The notes under the pieces were generated by a model. That model was given only the letters and a program-made list of their open reading frames with translations, was not told the DNA's origin and did no database searches. DNA of 64,000 bases from Shigella phage Sf24: sequence record MF327008; one strand, 5' to 3'. The translations under genes were made by a program, and so were the position numbers. This document shows, in pieces, positions 21,225 through 29,710 of this stretch (the first letter of the stretch is position 1; each line of letters opens with the position of its first letter).

Positions 21225-21499
21225 TCGAAATAATCTTCAATTTCGTAATCATGGACGTAAATCATTATAGTTTTTAATACATCATCAATACTTTTTCCTG
21301 GAGCTGGAATTACGTAAAAATATCCTGCTTTTGAGAGGTCTTTATAAGTTCCAATCAAGAAATCATTATTCTCAAGATGTAGTTCTTCAACTAATTCATT
21401 AACAATTGAGTGGTATAAATTTGGTAGAAACTTATATAGCTTTTCTAGAATATCAATTTTGATTGTGTATTGAACCACGGATTGAGAATCAATAATCAT
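21221..21499 (-). CDS. arn: Anti-restriction nuclease protein Arn, 92 aa
   Basis: ORF track; size and position next to asiA as in T4. Confidence 0.75.
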   Translation of the reverse strand: MIIDSQSVVQYTIKIDILEKLYKFLPNLYHSIVNELVEELHLENNDFLIGTYKDLSKAGYFYVIPAPGKSIDDVLKTIMIYVHDYEIEDYFE

Positions 21500-21582
21500 A
21501 GACCTTCCCCTTATGTTTCTGTTTGCGATTAGATTCTTTAAACGCTTTCTTCTTATCCTTATGAACAGAAGCTTTATTAAAA

Positions 21583-21801
21583 TTATGTTTTGCGACTAAA
21601 TTGTTCATAGTGCTGAATTACCTCTCTCAAACATTTGCATGTGAATGAAAACTTTTTAGCTACACCACATTCAAATATATGTTCTCTTAAATCGCGTGTG
21701 TCAGTATATCCCATCTCAACGATAAAATGCCGTATTAGATTTTTATCTTTATCATTGAGAGAATTAAAATAATCGGATTTTGAATTAATTTCCCTGGCCA
21801 A
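21583..21801 (-). CDS. Hypothetical protein, 72 aa, Cys-containing
   Basis: ORF track; T4 arn.x position. Confidence 0.4.
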   Translation of the reverse strand: MAREINSKSDYFNSLNDKDKNLIRHFIVEMGYTDTRDLREHIFECGVAKKFSFTCKCLREVIQHYEQFSRKT

Positions 21802-22081
21802 ATTGAATCACCTTCAGTTGACGTTTTAATTCTTTTATCATTTCTTCGTTCATCGCAATATAAAGATCGCGTAAAGCAGGTTTTAGCATGTCATTTATTA
21901 TAGAACTAAATGGACACACATAATCTTTTCCTACAAGCTTTTTGGTGAATTCCATATCACAGAACTTAAATCCCGGCTCATTGGCATAAATTCCCCAATT
22001 AGTTGACATCATTTTATTAGCATATTCCAGTGCCTGGATTTGATTCATAATTCCATCAATTTGAAACTTTTTAATATTCAT
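21785..22081 (-). CDS. Hypothetical protein, 98 aa
   Basis: ORF track. Confidence 0.4.
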   Translation of the reverse strand: MNIKKFQIDGIMNQIQALEYANKMMSTNWGIYANEPGFKFCDMEFTKKLVGKDYVCPFSSIINDMLKPALRDLYIAMNEEMIKELKRQLKVIQFGQGN

Positions 22082-22542
22082 TAGTAAAGGTCCTCAGAGT
22101 AAAGTTCTTTTTCACTACCACCACGTTCAATACGTACTTGTCCAGCGTAAGTTGCAATAATCATTGCTTCTTCACGTGTCCAATAATTACTATATTGGTC
22201 AATAAACCCTTGGTCATCATCACAAACTTGTTGAGTAACTAATTGAGGTTTAACTACATCTAAAACTTCTGCCATATCTTTAGAATAATGACGAGCACCT
22301 GGAATAATAAGAGTTCGTCCATCTTTTAATTTAAAACGGTTGGCTGCACAGACAATTCGTCGTTGATACTTTTGGTTTTCATCCCAATATGCAGGCTGCC
22401 AACAGATTTCAGGAACTTCTTTCAGAATATCTTCTTCTGTGCATTTATAACCATGCGCTTTAAATTTTTCAACAAGACTTTCTGGAGTTTCACGAGATAA
22501 AGGAACATTCAGCATTTTTAAACGATTAATAAATGGGTTCAT
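22081..22542 (-). CDS. Hypothetical protein, 153 aa
   Basis: ORF track; start/stop overlaps with neighbours. Confidence 0.45.
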   Translation of the reverse strand: MNPFINRLKMLNVPLSRETPESLVEKFKAHGYKCTEEDILKEVPEICWQPAYWDENQKYQRRIVCAANRFKLKDGRTLIIPGARHYSKDMAEVLDVVKPQLVTQQVCDDDQGFIDQYSNYWTREEAMIIATYAGQVRIERGGSEKELYSEDLY

Positions 22543-22868
22543 TTAAACCATCCTTTAATACGTTGCCACAAAGTTTTCTGCTGAGCTTTGTTAACACCAA
22601 TTGAACGAATAACCGGTTGAGATTCCTGGAATTCTTTATAATCGGCAAGGTAAATTTCGTAAGCTGCATCCGTAAATGAACTTATCGCTGCCATAAAATT
22701 ATTGCGAATACCTACTGGAGCATCTTTACTTTCACGAATAATCATGTATTTACCAGTCTTAATCTTTACGATAGTTCCAAGATAAGCTCCGTGGTACCAA
22801 ATATCCCAACCCTCTTGAGTAGGTTCTGCGCAACGACGAAGTTCATTAACAATTTCTAACTTGTTCAT
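22539..22868 (-). CDS. Hypothetical protein, 109 aa
   Basis: ORF track. Confidence 0.45.
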   Translation of the reverse strand: MNKLEIVNELRRCAEPTQEGWDIWYHGAYLGTIVKIKTGKYMIIRESKDAPVGIRNNFMAAISSFTDAAYEIYLADYKEFQESQPVIRSIGVNKAQQKTLWQRIKGWFK

Positions 22869-22878
22869 TATTTATTCC

Positions 22879-23514
22879 TCACAGTTCAGATGCTACAGTG
22901 ATTACAGCTTCAATGTTTTCTGCCGAGCGTTTAATGTCAAGATACACATTACCGTTTTTAGCGATTTTACATGACATTCCGATGTCAGTAAATTTCTGAA
23001 TATGATGTTCCATCATTTTGTATCCAAAAATTCGCATGTTTCCATTGTTGTTAATTTCAAAATTGCGAATTCCGTGAGTGCGTTTTTCTAAAATAGCGAG
23101 ATAGTTACTGCGATAAGTTTCAACCTTTTTAAGAACAAATCCATTTTCATCTAAAAGTTTTAACATGAGGTCTTTATCTTCTTCCATATCGGAAGTAATC
23201 TCGCGAGCTTTACGAGTTGCTCGTTTTTTCAGTAGTTCCGGAGCATTTTCTTGTGCGTATAAAGTTGCTGCATTTGAAATAATATCCTGAGCTTCACCAG
23301 TAATGATTAATCCATCACCAGATTTCTCCACCAGGCCTTTTTTAATCAATACCCCAATATTACTATTAACTACTGCGTTACCTAAATCTGGATGCACCTC
23401 ACGAACTTCTGCGGCTGTAATGAAATCTTTCTTAGCAATAGTAATTAAAATCGCAGCTGTTTTTTCATTCAGAACATCGTTAGAAGCTTTGATGATGTAA
23501 GTTACTTTAGACAT
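22879..23514 (-). CDS. motA: Middle-transcription activator MotA, 211 aa
   Basis: ORF track; MSKVTYIIKASNDVLNEKTAAIL... matches T4 MotA as recalled. Confidence 0.9.
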   Translation of the reverse strand: MSKVTYIIKASNDVLNEKTAAILITIAKKDFITAAEVREVHPDLGNAVVNSNIGVLIKKGLVEKSGDGLIITGEAQDIISNAATLYAQENAPELLKKRATRKAREITSDMEEDKDLMLKLLDENGFVLKKVETYRSNYLAILEKRTHGIRNFEINNNGNMRIFGYKMMEHHIQKFTDIGMSCKIAKNGNVYLDIKRSAENIEAVITVASEL

Positions 23515-23537
23515 TTTCTAATCTCCGTAATTCTGTA

Positions 23538-23600
23538 TCAGTAGTTGATAGTTGTATAGTACCACAGTATGCTTTGGTTGTAAACCGTTTTGTGAAAAAA
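23538..23600 (-). promoter_or_regulatory. T4-type early promoter upstream of motA
   Basis: Minus strand TTTACA - 17 bp - TACTAT with conserved GTGGTACTATACAACTATCAACTAC block and A/T UP element. Confidence 0.6.
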
Positions 23601-23609
23601 TTTTTGAAA

Positions 23610-23637
23610 TAAAAAAGGGAGAGCCGAGGCTCTCCCT
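23610..23637 (-). terminator. Rho-independent terminator downstream of gene 52 region
   Basis: Hairpin GGGAGAGCC-GAGGCTCTCCC (23617-23636) followed on the minus strand by TTTTTTATTT. Confidence 0.65.
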
Positions 23638-23787
23638 AAAATTACTGCTCAAACGCGATAACTATCGTGATAACACGTTGAATTCCGAACGCAAGAAGAC
23701 CTCCTGCTACGGCTGGAACAACACCTAAACCAGCCAGTAAAATGCTACCGGATACTAATGCAGCGCTTGTAATACCTATGAATGGAC

Positions 23788-25116
23788 TCATTTGATTTCC
23801 TCTAAATCTTTGGTGTATTCTGTAACTACATCAGTAGTTTTCCAATATTCGTTTTCTTCTTTTTTAGCTTTAGCTTCTTCAGCAAGTTTCTTTGCTTCAT
23901 CAGAAGTCATATGAAAAATATTCATACCAACTAGTTTATCAACATAAGAAGAATACATCTCAATTTTAGAAAGTTCTTCGGTCAGTTCTTTACGAGTTTT
24001 ACCCTGTACAACAATTTCACCTGAAATTACTTTCTTAATGAAATGTGCCTTGGCAAAGGCTAAACGAAAAGCTGACTCAGTTTCTTTGATTTTGTTATCA
24101 ATTCGTTTTTGGACATAAGTTTTACGAATTTCAACAAAGTCTTTAATTAAATCGACTACGTTATCGTAAACTTGTAGTTTTCCTTTCTCATTAATAACCG
24201 TAATATTCTGAGAACGACGCTCAATCAACCCGAAGTCTTTCATAATTTTTGCATGGCGTTCTTCTTCATTATCGCTCAAAGAATATTCTTTACGGAATTT
24301 AACTTTGAAGCCAAAACCATGCTCACCACAAGCATCATCCCACGTAATGAAGCCTTTATCTTCAAGCGGGTCTAAGATTTTACTCACATAAGTTTCACGA
24401 TCATACTTATACGGAATCTCAGTGATATGCATTTGAGTTCGTGAAGTAAACTTGTACGTTCCACGAATTTCATATTGACCGTCAATTTCAACGACTTCAC
24501 CGCGAAATTCTGGGAATTCTACCTTCGGTTTAGTTACTTTCTTTCCTTGAAGAGCTTGCAATACAGCTTTCTTGACAGAAGAAACGCTATGAGGAAGAAT
24601 GTAAGTTGCATAACCAGTTGCAATACCGGAAACACCGTTAAGAAGAACAGTAGGAATAATAGGCAAATAGAAAGCAGGCGGAATGTGTTCTTTATCTTGA
24701 TGTACCGGAGCATATTCAGTATCTTTATATACGTTATAGAAATTTTTACTTACACGAGCAAAAATATAACGACTTGCCGCTGCTTTTTGAACGGTACGAG
24801 AACCAAAGTTTCCTTGACCATCTAACAGAGGAAAGTTATTATTCCAAGTATTAGCCATCAAAGCACCTGCGTCTTGTGCAGAGTTTTCACCATGATGATA
24901 TCCAAGGTCTGCTACACCACCTGCAATAGAAGCGAGTTTGTGAAACTTATCTTTATTTCCTCGTGCCAAATCAAGAGCTCGAGAAATAACAAATCGTTGA
25001 ACTGGCTTAAATCCATCAATCATATTTGGGATAGCACGATTTTCAACCGTGTACATAGCATAAGCCAATGCTTCATTATCAATGATACTTTTTAAATCGC
25101 GATTATTCAGTTGCAT
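23788..25116 (-). CDS. 52: DNA topoisomerase II medium subunit gp52 (GyrA-like), 442 aa
   Basis: ORF track; GyrA/ParC-like N-terminal region; size as in T4 gp52. Confidence 0.9.
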   Translation of the reverse strand: MQLNNRDLKSIIDNEALAYAMYTVENRAIPNMIDGFKPVQRFVISRALDLARGNKDKFHKLASIAGGVADLGYHHGENSAQDAGALMANTWNNNFPLLDGQGNFGSRTVQKAAASRYIFARVSKNFYNVYKDTEYAPVHQDKEHIPPAFYLPIIPTVLLNGVSGIATGYATYILPHSVSSVKKAVLQALQGKKVTKPKVEFPEFRGEVVEIDGQYEIRGTYKFTSRTQMHITEIPYKYDRETYVSKILDPLEDKGFITWDDACGEHGFGFKVKFRKEYSLSDNEEERHAKIMKDFGLIERRSQNITVINEKGKLQVYDNVVDLIKDFVEIRKTYVQKRIDNKIKETESAFRLAFAKAHFIKKVISGEIVVQGKTRKELTEELSKIEMYSSYVDKLVGMNIFHMTSDEAKKLAEEAKAKKEENEYWKTTDVVTEYTKDLEEIK

Positions 25117-25253
25117 AAATTTACCATACTAGTGAATGTAGTGCCATAATAACATCAGAAATGAAAAGCACGACTTGAATTAATCCGAACATTACTCCAT
25201 AATATAGTGCTACCAATAAAGTAGCAAGGGCTAATGAATAGCCCAAGATTTTC

Positions 25254-25412
25254 TTAATCATTAGTAGATAACAACACAAATGTTAAATATGCACACATAC
25301 CCTGGGCTAAAGCTTGTGAAAACACACTGCTAGCATCGATACAGATAGTTAAAACACATGCTACTATCCAACAAATAAATGAAATAACTCCTAATAATTT
25401 TGCGATATTCAT
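25254..25412 (-). CDS. Small hydrophobic membrane protein, 52 aa
   Basis: Hand-translated (MNIAKLLGVISFICWIVACVL...); below ORF-track cut-off; in the T4 ac/stp region. Confidence 0.3.
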   Translation of the reverse strand: MNIAKLLGVISFICWIVACVLTICIDASSVFSQALAQGMCAYLTFVLLSTND

Positions 25413-25419
25413 ATTTTCC

Positions 25420-25500
25420 TCACTGGCGTCCGAAGACGCCTTTGTTTTTAAGATTGTTACGATAGAACTGCATCACATGTTCGTTATGGAAATTACTCAT
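25420..25500 (-). CDS. stp: Stp peptide, 26 aa
   Basis: Hand-translated [26 protein letters not shown], essentially the T4 Stp peptide as recalled; below ORF-track cut-off. Confidence 0.7.
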   Translation of the reverse strand: MSNFHNEHVMQFYRNNLKNKGVFGRQ

Positions 25501-25665
25501 ACACACCACACATTTTGCATAAACGTTCAAAACAGATAAATCCGCCACCTACACACATCACGACAGCCACATTATCATTAAGAGGTAGACCTAAAGCCGT
25601 AAAGATTCCAGTCAATGTGAATAAGGCTAAAACTAATAGGTAACCCATTACAAATAGAGCTTTCA

Positions 25666-26124
25666 TTAGTATGCCTGCAAAACAAATTTAAAGTTATCAG
25701 CCAACATACGGTTCATTTCTTCAAGTGTTTGATACTCAGAATGATGATTACGAGTAAACGCTAAAGCTAACTGACCTTTTCCAAATCCTGTCGTCAAAGG
25801 TTTCATCTTAGAAGCAGGAAGATAAAATACTGCATATGGAACATTGTTATTTGCAATAGTACGCGCAAGCTGAGACCGACGTTGACGAATATGACTTAGA
25901 ACTGCGCTGAATCCTTGCTTAGAACGTTGATTACCTACATAAAATCGTGCAGACACACATGGATTACTAAATGGACGACCATCTAATTTACTTACTAAAA
26001 AGTAAAATCCAGGTTTAGATAAAATATCTTTATGTGGAACTCCCAAAAACCATTCACCACCCTTGATTGTACCAATAACAGTAGCACCTGCATCATTCAG
26101 ATCAGTAACAGTCATATATTTCAT
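25666..26124 (-). CDS. ndd: Nucleoid disruption protein Ndd, 152 aa
   Basis: ORF track; size/position and sequence recalled as T4 Ndd. Confidence 0.8.
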   Translation of the reverse strand: MKYMTVTDLNDAGATVIGTIKGGEWFLGVPHKDILSKPGFYFLVSKLDGRPFSNPCVSARFYVGNQRSKQGFSAVLSHIRQRRSQLARTIANNNVPYAVFYLPASKMKPLTTGFGKGQLALAFTRNHHSEYQTLEEMNRMLADNFKFVLQAY

Positions 26125-26182
26125 ATTAATTTCCTCTAAATTATTTTCTACTCCAAGGCCGCATGAATACGCGGCCGATAAA

Positions 26183-26398
26183 TTAATCGTCGCAGTCGAC
26201 GCTCAATTCCCAAAACTCTTCTACAGTATAAGTTTCAGTATCATTTTCAATACAGAAACGTTCATTACTGTTATTTGTTAAAGTAGCATTAACTGTCGGT
26301 TTCTCGCTAGTGCTCTTAAGAGGTGAAATACGAATTAACTGATCACCGTTATCTAAACAAAAAATTTCACCAACTTTTACATCTTTAAAACTTTTCAT
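26183..26398 (-). CDS. Hypothetical protein, 71 aa
   Basis: ORF track. Confidence 0.4.
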   Translation of the reverse strand: MKSFKDVKVGEIFCLDNGDQLIRISPLKSTSEKPTVNATLTNNSNERFCIENDTETYTVEEFWELSVDCDD

Positions 26399-26513
26399 AA
26401 TTCACCTCAAGGAGTATAAAATCCAAATGCAGTTGTTGACCATCCCATCCAATATGGAAAATTTGCACCAATGTAAAACATAAGAATATAAAACCAAATG
26501 TTTAGTAAATTCA

Positions 26514-26732
26514 TTATTTTACACCATTCCAAATTGTTTCAACTACAGATTTTAAGCCATTTTGATGAATGTCCATTCCGACTACCGCCATCAAATAGAT
26601 TCCAACTACAACTGAACCTAAGGCAAAAATCAGCATGAAAATGAATAAAGCCGGAAAAATATTATCGAAAAACCATTCAATAAATGTAAAAGCACTGCGT
26701 TTACGCTTCATATTTTCCTCACATAAATCCAA
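26514..26732 (-). CDS. Hypothetical membrane protein, 72 aa
   Basis: ORF track; two hydrophobic segments. Confidence 0.4.
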   Translation of the reverse strand: MDLCEENMKRKRSAFTFIEWFFDNIFPALFIFMLIFALGSVVVGIYLMAVVGMDIHQNGLKSVVETIWNGVK

Positions 26733-26832
26733 AGTAAGCGTTTAATACATCAATCATTAAAACGATTGGGAATATACTCAAAACTACTAGTATTATAACT
26801 ACATTCCATATAGCTTTAATAATCTTTTTCAT
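26719..26832 (-). CDS. Small membrane protein, ~37 aa; start reassigned downstream of promoter
   Basis: ORF track ORF 26719..26967 runs through an early promoter; internal Met at 26832 has a GGAGGA RBS. Confidence 0.3.
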   Translation of the reverse strand: MKKIIKAIWNVVIILVVLSIFPIVLMIDVLNAYFGFM

Positions 26833-26844
26833 TTTCTGTTCCTC

Positions 26845-26905
26845 CGTAGTTGATAGGGTAATAATACCACAGAGGAACAGTCTTGTAAACAACTTTTTTA
26901 AAAAT
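26845..26905 (-). promoter_or_regulatory. T4-type early promoter
   Basis: Minus strand TTTACA - 17 bp - TATTAT, conserved flanks. Confidence 0.5.
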
Positions 26906-27075
26906 ATTCGTAATAAATGTGAATACCAACTACTACTGCTGAAACTTGCGCAACCCACCACGCACAAGCAATAAGCACAGAATTCAAAATTTTCATAATA
27001 ACCTCATCACAAAAGTAAATGTTAAACAAATTAATGGAATACTAATTAACCAAACGAAACACCACCATAATGAAC

Positions 27076-27339
27076 TCATAGTTCAATCTCAGCGATTTCC
27101 AAGTGTTTTTGTTTTATTGCCTTTTTAACACAATCATGGACTAAATATGACCATGAATCATTATATTCTCCATTAACTAATCGTTGGAGATCTTCACGTG
27201 ATGATAAGTAAGGTTGATCTGATTCCCATTTTGATAAAAATACTGCAGTAAAAATATCTCCTTCATCTGTAGTTGAAGTCGTAAATGCAATAAATTCACC
27301 GGTAATTTTATGTTTAGCGTAATAAAATTTAAATTTCAT
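27076..27339 (-). CDS. Hypothetical protein, 87 aa
   Basis: ORF track; GGAG RBS just downstream of the promoter. Confidence 0.45.
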   Translation of the reverse strand: MKFKFYYAKHKITGEFIAFTTSTTDEGDIFTAVFLSKWESDQPYLSSREDLQRLVNGEYNDSWSYLVHDCVKKAIKQKHLEIAEIEL

Positions 27340-27349
27340 TTTTACTCCT

Positions 27350-27415
27350 CCGTAGCTGATAGTTGTATAGTACCACGGTCCTTGTGGTATGTAAACCGTT
27401 TTGTGAAAATTTTTA
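27350..27415 (-). promoter_or_regulatory. T4-type early promoter
   Basis: Minus strand TTTACA - 17 bp - TACTAT with conserved GTGGTACTATACAACTATCAGCTAC block. Confidence 0.6.
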
Positions 27416-27970
27416 AATGGAAAGATACCATCCGTTGTAGTTGCTTTTTCTTACAACCTTACGAAGGTCTTCTCTATCACCGATGAACTTCGGAGTGTAC
27501 TGGATGACACCTGGGTGAATTTCTTTAGTGTTGAATATAATTATACAGTCAGCGACCTGATGATTCAGAATGGGCCCTAGATTTATTCCAGAACCATATG
27601 GATACTCTCCGCTGCATCCTGTTGTTACAGAAATCCAACGTGAGTCAGTTTGATGTGTCTTAACTTCTACACGAAGCCCGCAGTATCTTGGATGCGCCAA
27701 TACATCCCATGCGTATGTATACGGGTCATTAACATCCTCTTGGCCTTTGTTAACATATCCGCTTAGCCAATCTGCTACAAAAAACTCTGCGTACACCGCG
27801 ATACGACATCTTTCAATAACTTCTGCTTTATCCTGATTTGGATTTTGTTTTAAAGAGTATCTTGCTGTATCAGCAATTTTGACCTTCATTTCACTAGTCA
27901 AGTCATTGTTCGATAGGGTAAATGTCGGAATCTGAAATAGTCTCTGTAAACCCGGATTCGTTTTCTGCAT
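27413..27970 (-). CDS. denB: Endonuclease IV DenB, 185 aa
   Basis: ORF track; size and position next to rIIB as in T4; exact start uncertain (68-nt overlap with upstream ORF). Confidence 0.7.
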   Translation of the reverse strand: MQKTNPGLQRLFQIPTFTLSNNDLTSEMKVKIADTARYSLKQNPNQDKAEVIERCRIAVYAEFFVADWLSGYVNKGQEDVNDPYTYAWDVLAHPRYCGLRVEVKTHQTDSRWISVTTGCSGEYPYGSGINLGPILNHQVADCIIIFNTKEIHPGVIQYTPKFIGDREDLRKVVRKSNYNGWYLSI

Positions 27971-28232
27971 TTAGACTTTCCTTTTTACCGCTGAGATAAG
28001 CGTTATATACTTTAAGAGTGCCGTAATAAATTCGGTCATTTTCATCTAAAGACTCACGGTCAAGTTCATCGAGTTCCTTTTTATCCATGACTATAACATC
28101 ATTGCAGTAAAGAAACCCAAGTTTTTCGTGACCAAACTCAAATTTATTGCAATACACAATATTAGCGTGATGATTACCGTGCAGTTTAATCTCTTTTATG
28201 TCGGAATCACCGATATTCATACAATAAATCAT
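27903..28232 (-). CDS. Hypothetical protein, 109 aa; intact copy whose 5' end lies in the duplicated unit
   Basis: ORF track; first 48 codons are repeated verbatim in the 28207..28497 ORF. Confidence 0.45.
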   Translation of the reverse strand: MIYCMNIGDSDIKEIKLHGNHHANIVYCNKFEFGHEKLGFLYCNDVIVMDKKELDELDRESLDENDRIYYGTLKVYNAYLSGKKESLNAENESGFTETISDSDIYPIEQ

Positions 28233-28619
28233 AATTTTTCCTTAAAACAAAAGGGCCGAAGCCCCTTATTTTTATTTGAATTGTGCAATTCTTTTTTCTA
28301 AACAATCTGCGTAAGATTTCATTGAGATGAACTGTGAAAGCAGTAATTCTTGCTACTATAACATCATTGCAGTAAAGAAACCCAAGTTTTTCGTGACCAA
28401 ACTCAAATTTATTGCAATACACAATATTAGCGTGATGATTACCGTGCAGTTTAATCTCTTTTATGTCGGAATCACCGATATTCATACAATAAATCATAAT
28501 TTTTCCTTAAAACAAAAGGGCCGAAGCCCCTTATTTTTATTTGAATTGTGCAATTCTTTTTTCTAAACAATCTGCGTAAGATTTCATTGAGATGAACTGT
28601 GAAAGCAGTAATTCTTGCT
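28090..28619. repeat. Perfect tandem direct duplication, 2 x 265 bp (28090-28354 and 28355-28619)
   Basis: Base-for-base identical on reading the sequence; produces two ORFs with identical 48-aa N-termini. Confidence 0.85.
28207..28497 (-). pseudogene. Chimeric ORF created by the tandem duplication
   Basis: Starts at the duplicated start codon (28497 = 28232 + 265), crosses the repeat junction and terminates out of frame. Confidence 0.4.
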
Positions 28620-28731
28620 CAACTTCATTAATCGTTAGAAACTTTGTGCTTTCTAAAAATTTGCTCAGTGCATTAATTTTGAGCATTAATTGATCGTATT
28701 CTTCTTTTACTCGTGCTTGATAACCTAACAT
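28537..28731 (-). CDS. Hypothetical protein, 64 aa
   Basis: ORF track; 3' end lies in repeat copy 2. Confidence 0.4.
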   Translation of the reverse strand: MLGYQARVKEEYDQLMLKINALSKFLESTKFLTINEVEQELLLSQFISMKSYADCLEKRIAQFK

Positions 28732-28760
28732 AATTTTCCTTAGTTAAGGGCCGAAGCCCC

Positions 28761-29699
28761 TTATTTAAATTGTTCAGTAACGTCTTCAACTACTTCGTAT
28801 TGGCAAGTACGCATTTTAGCATCGTTGTAATCAATCGGAATTGATACTACATCGCGAGGATGTACTTTAACTTTTACAACTCGGCTGGTTGAACTACCAA
28901 AGTGACGAATATAAGATTTAGAACACACATGCAGACCACGAGAACAAGTTTGTGTATCATCGTCATTCACACGAGTACGTGGCATTTTAACTACTTTACC
29001 AGGACTGTTATCAAAAGTATTTGAATGACAGTCAAAGTAATTACTACGAACTACTTTCCAAGCATAGAAGTAGCCATCTTCTGTAATTTCAATATCGTTT
29101 GCTACCAAGAAATCAAAGAGTCGAGATACCGCTTTTTGGCTCGGGTTTTCCAGCAGATTTTCCAAGAACGGAAAATAAAATTCAAAGTTTTCACCTTTTT
29201 CCATCGAATCGAGAATACGATCAACTAAACCAGACCGCAATTCAATATTTTGATAGAACAAGCTTCCACCTTCAATTCGAACATCACCGGAAATATATTT
29301 TTCAACAGCGCGACGAACGTTAATTTTTTGTGCTGCTTCTTCCAATTTATCTGCAACAAGCAGATTAAGAATTTCCTGGAAGTTTGAATGAGTATTAGGA
29401 GTTGCGTTATAAGTTACACCGTCAACAGTAATTGAAATGAATTTTTTAGATGCATTCCAAATAATGTCAGATTTAGCAACTGGAGCAATAACTGCATCGC
29501 TATTAACTTTAACTGTAATATCACCGCTAATAGTAACTTTAGGGCGTTTAGCTTCTTCAGCATTTTTCAAAACACGACGGATTGTGTCAACCGATACATC
29601 CTTCCAATAAGCCAATTCCTGTTGGGTGTAATTACCGCTTGAATACAGTTTAACAATTTCAGCTTGTTCGTTTTTGGTCAGGCATTTAATATTGTACAT
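28761..29699 (-). CDS. rIIB: rIIB protein, 312 aa
   Basis: ORF track; MYNIKCLTKNEQAEIVKLYSSGNYTQQELA... as recalled for T4 rIIB. Confidence 0.9.
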   Translation of the reverse strand: MYNIKCLTKNEQAEIVKLYSSGNYTQQELAYWKDVSVDTIRRVLKNAEEAKRPKVTISGDITVKVNSDAVIAPVAKSDIIWNASKKFISITVDGVTYNATPNTHSNFQEILNLLVADKLEEAAQKINVRRAVEKYISGDVRIEGGSLFYQNIELRSGLVDRILDSMEKGENFEFYFPFLENLLENPSQKAVSRLFDFLVANDIEITEDGYFYAWKVVRSNYFDCHSNTFDNSPGKVVKMPRTRVNDDDTQTCSRGLHVCSKSYIRHFGSSTSRVVKVKVHPRDVVSIPIDYNDAKMRTCQYEVVEDVTEQFK

Positions 29700-29710
29700 A
29701 ATTTTCCTTA

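Noticed and set aside
28090-28619. Direct repeats considered as a possible CRISPR array or attachment-site repeats
   Set aside because: Only two copies of a 265-bp unit, abutting with no spacers, and the content is ordinary coding/intergenic sequence; this is a tandem duplication.
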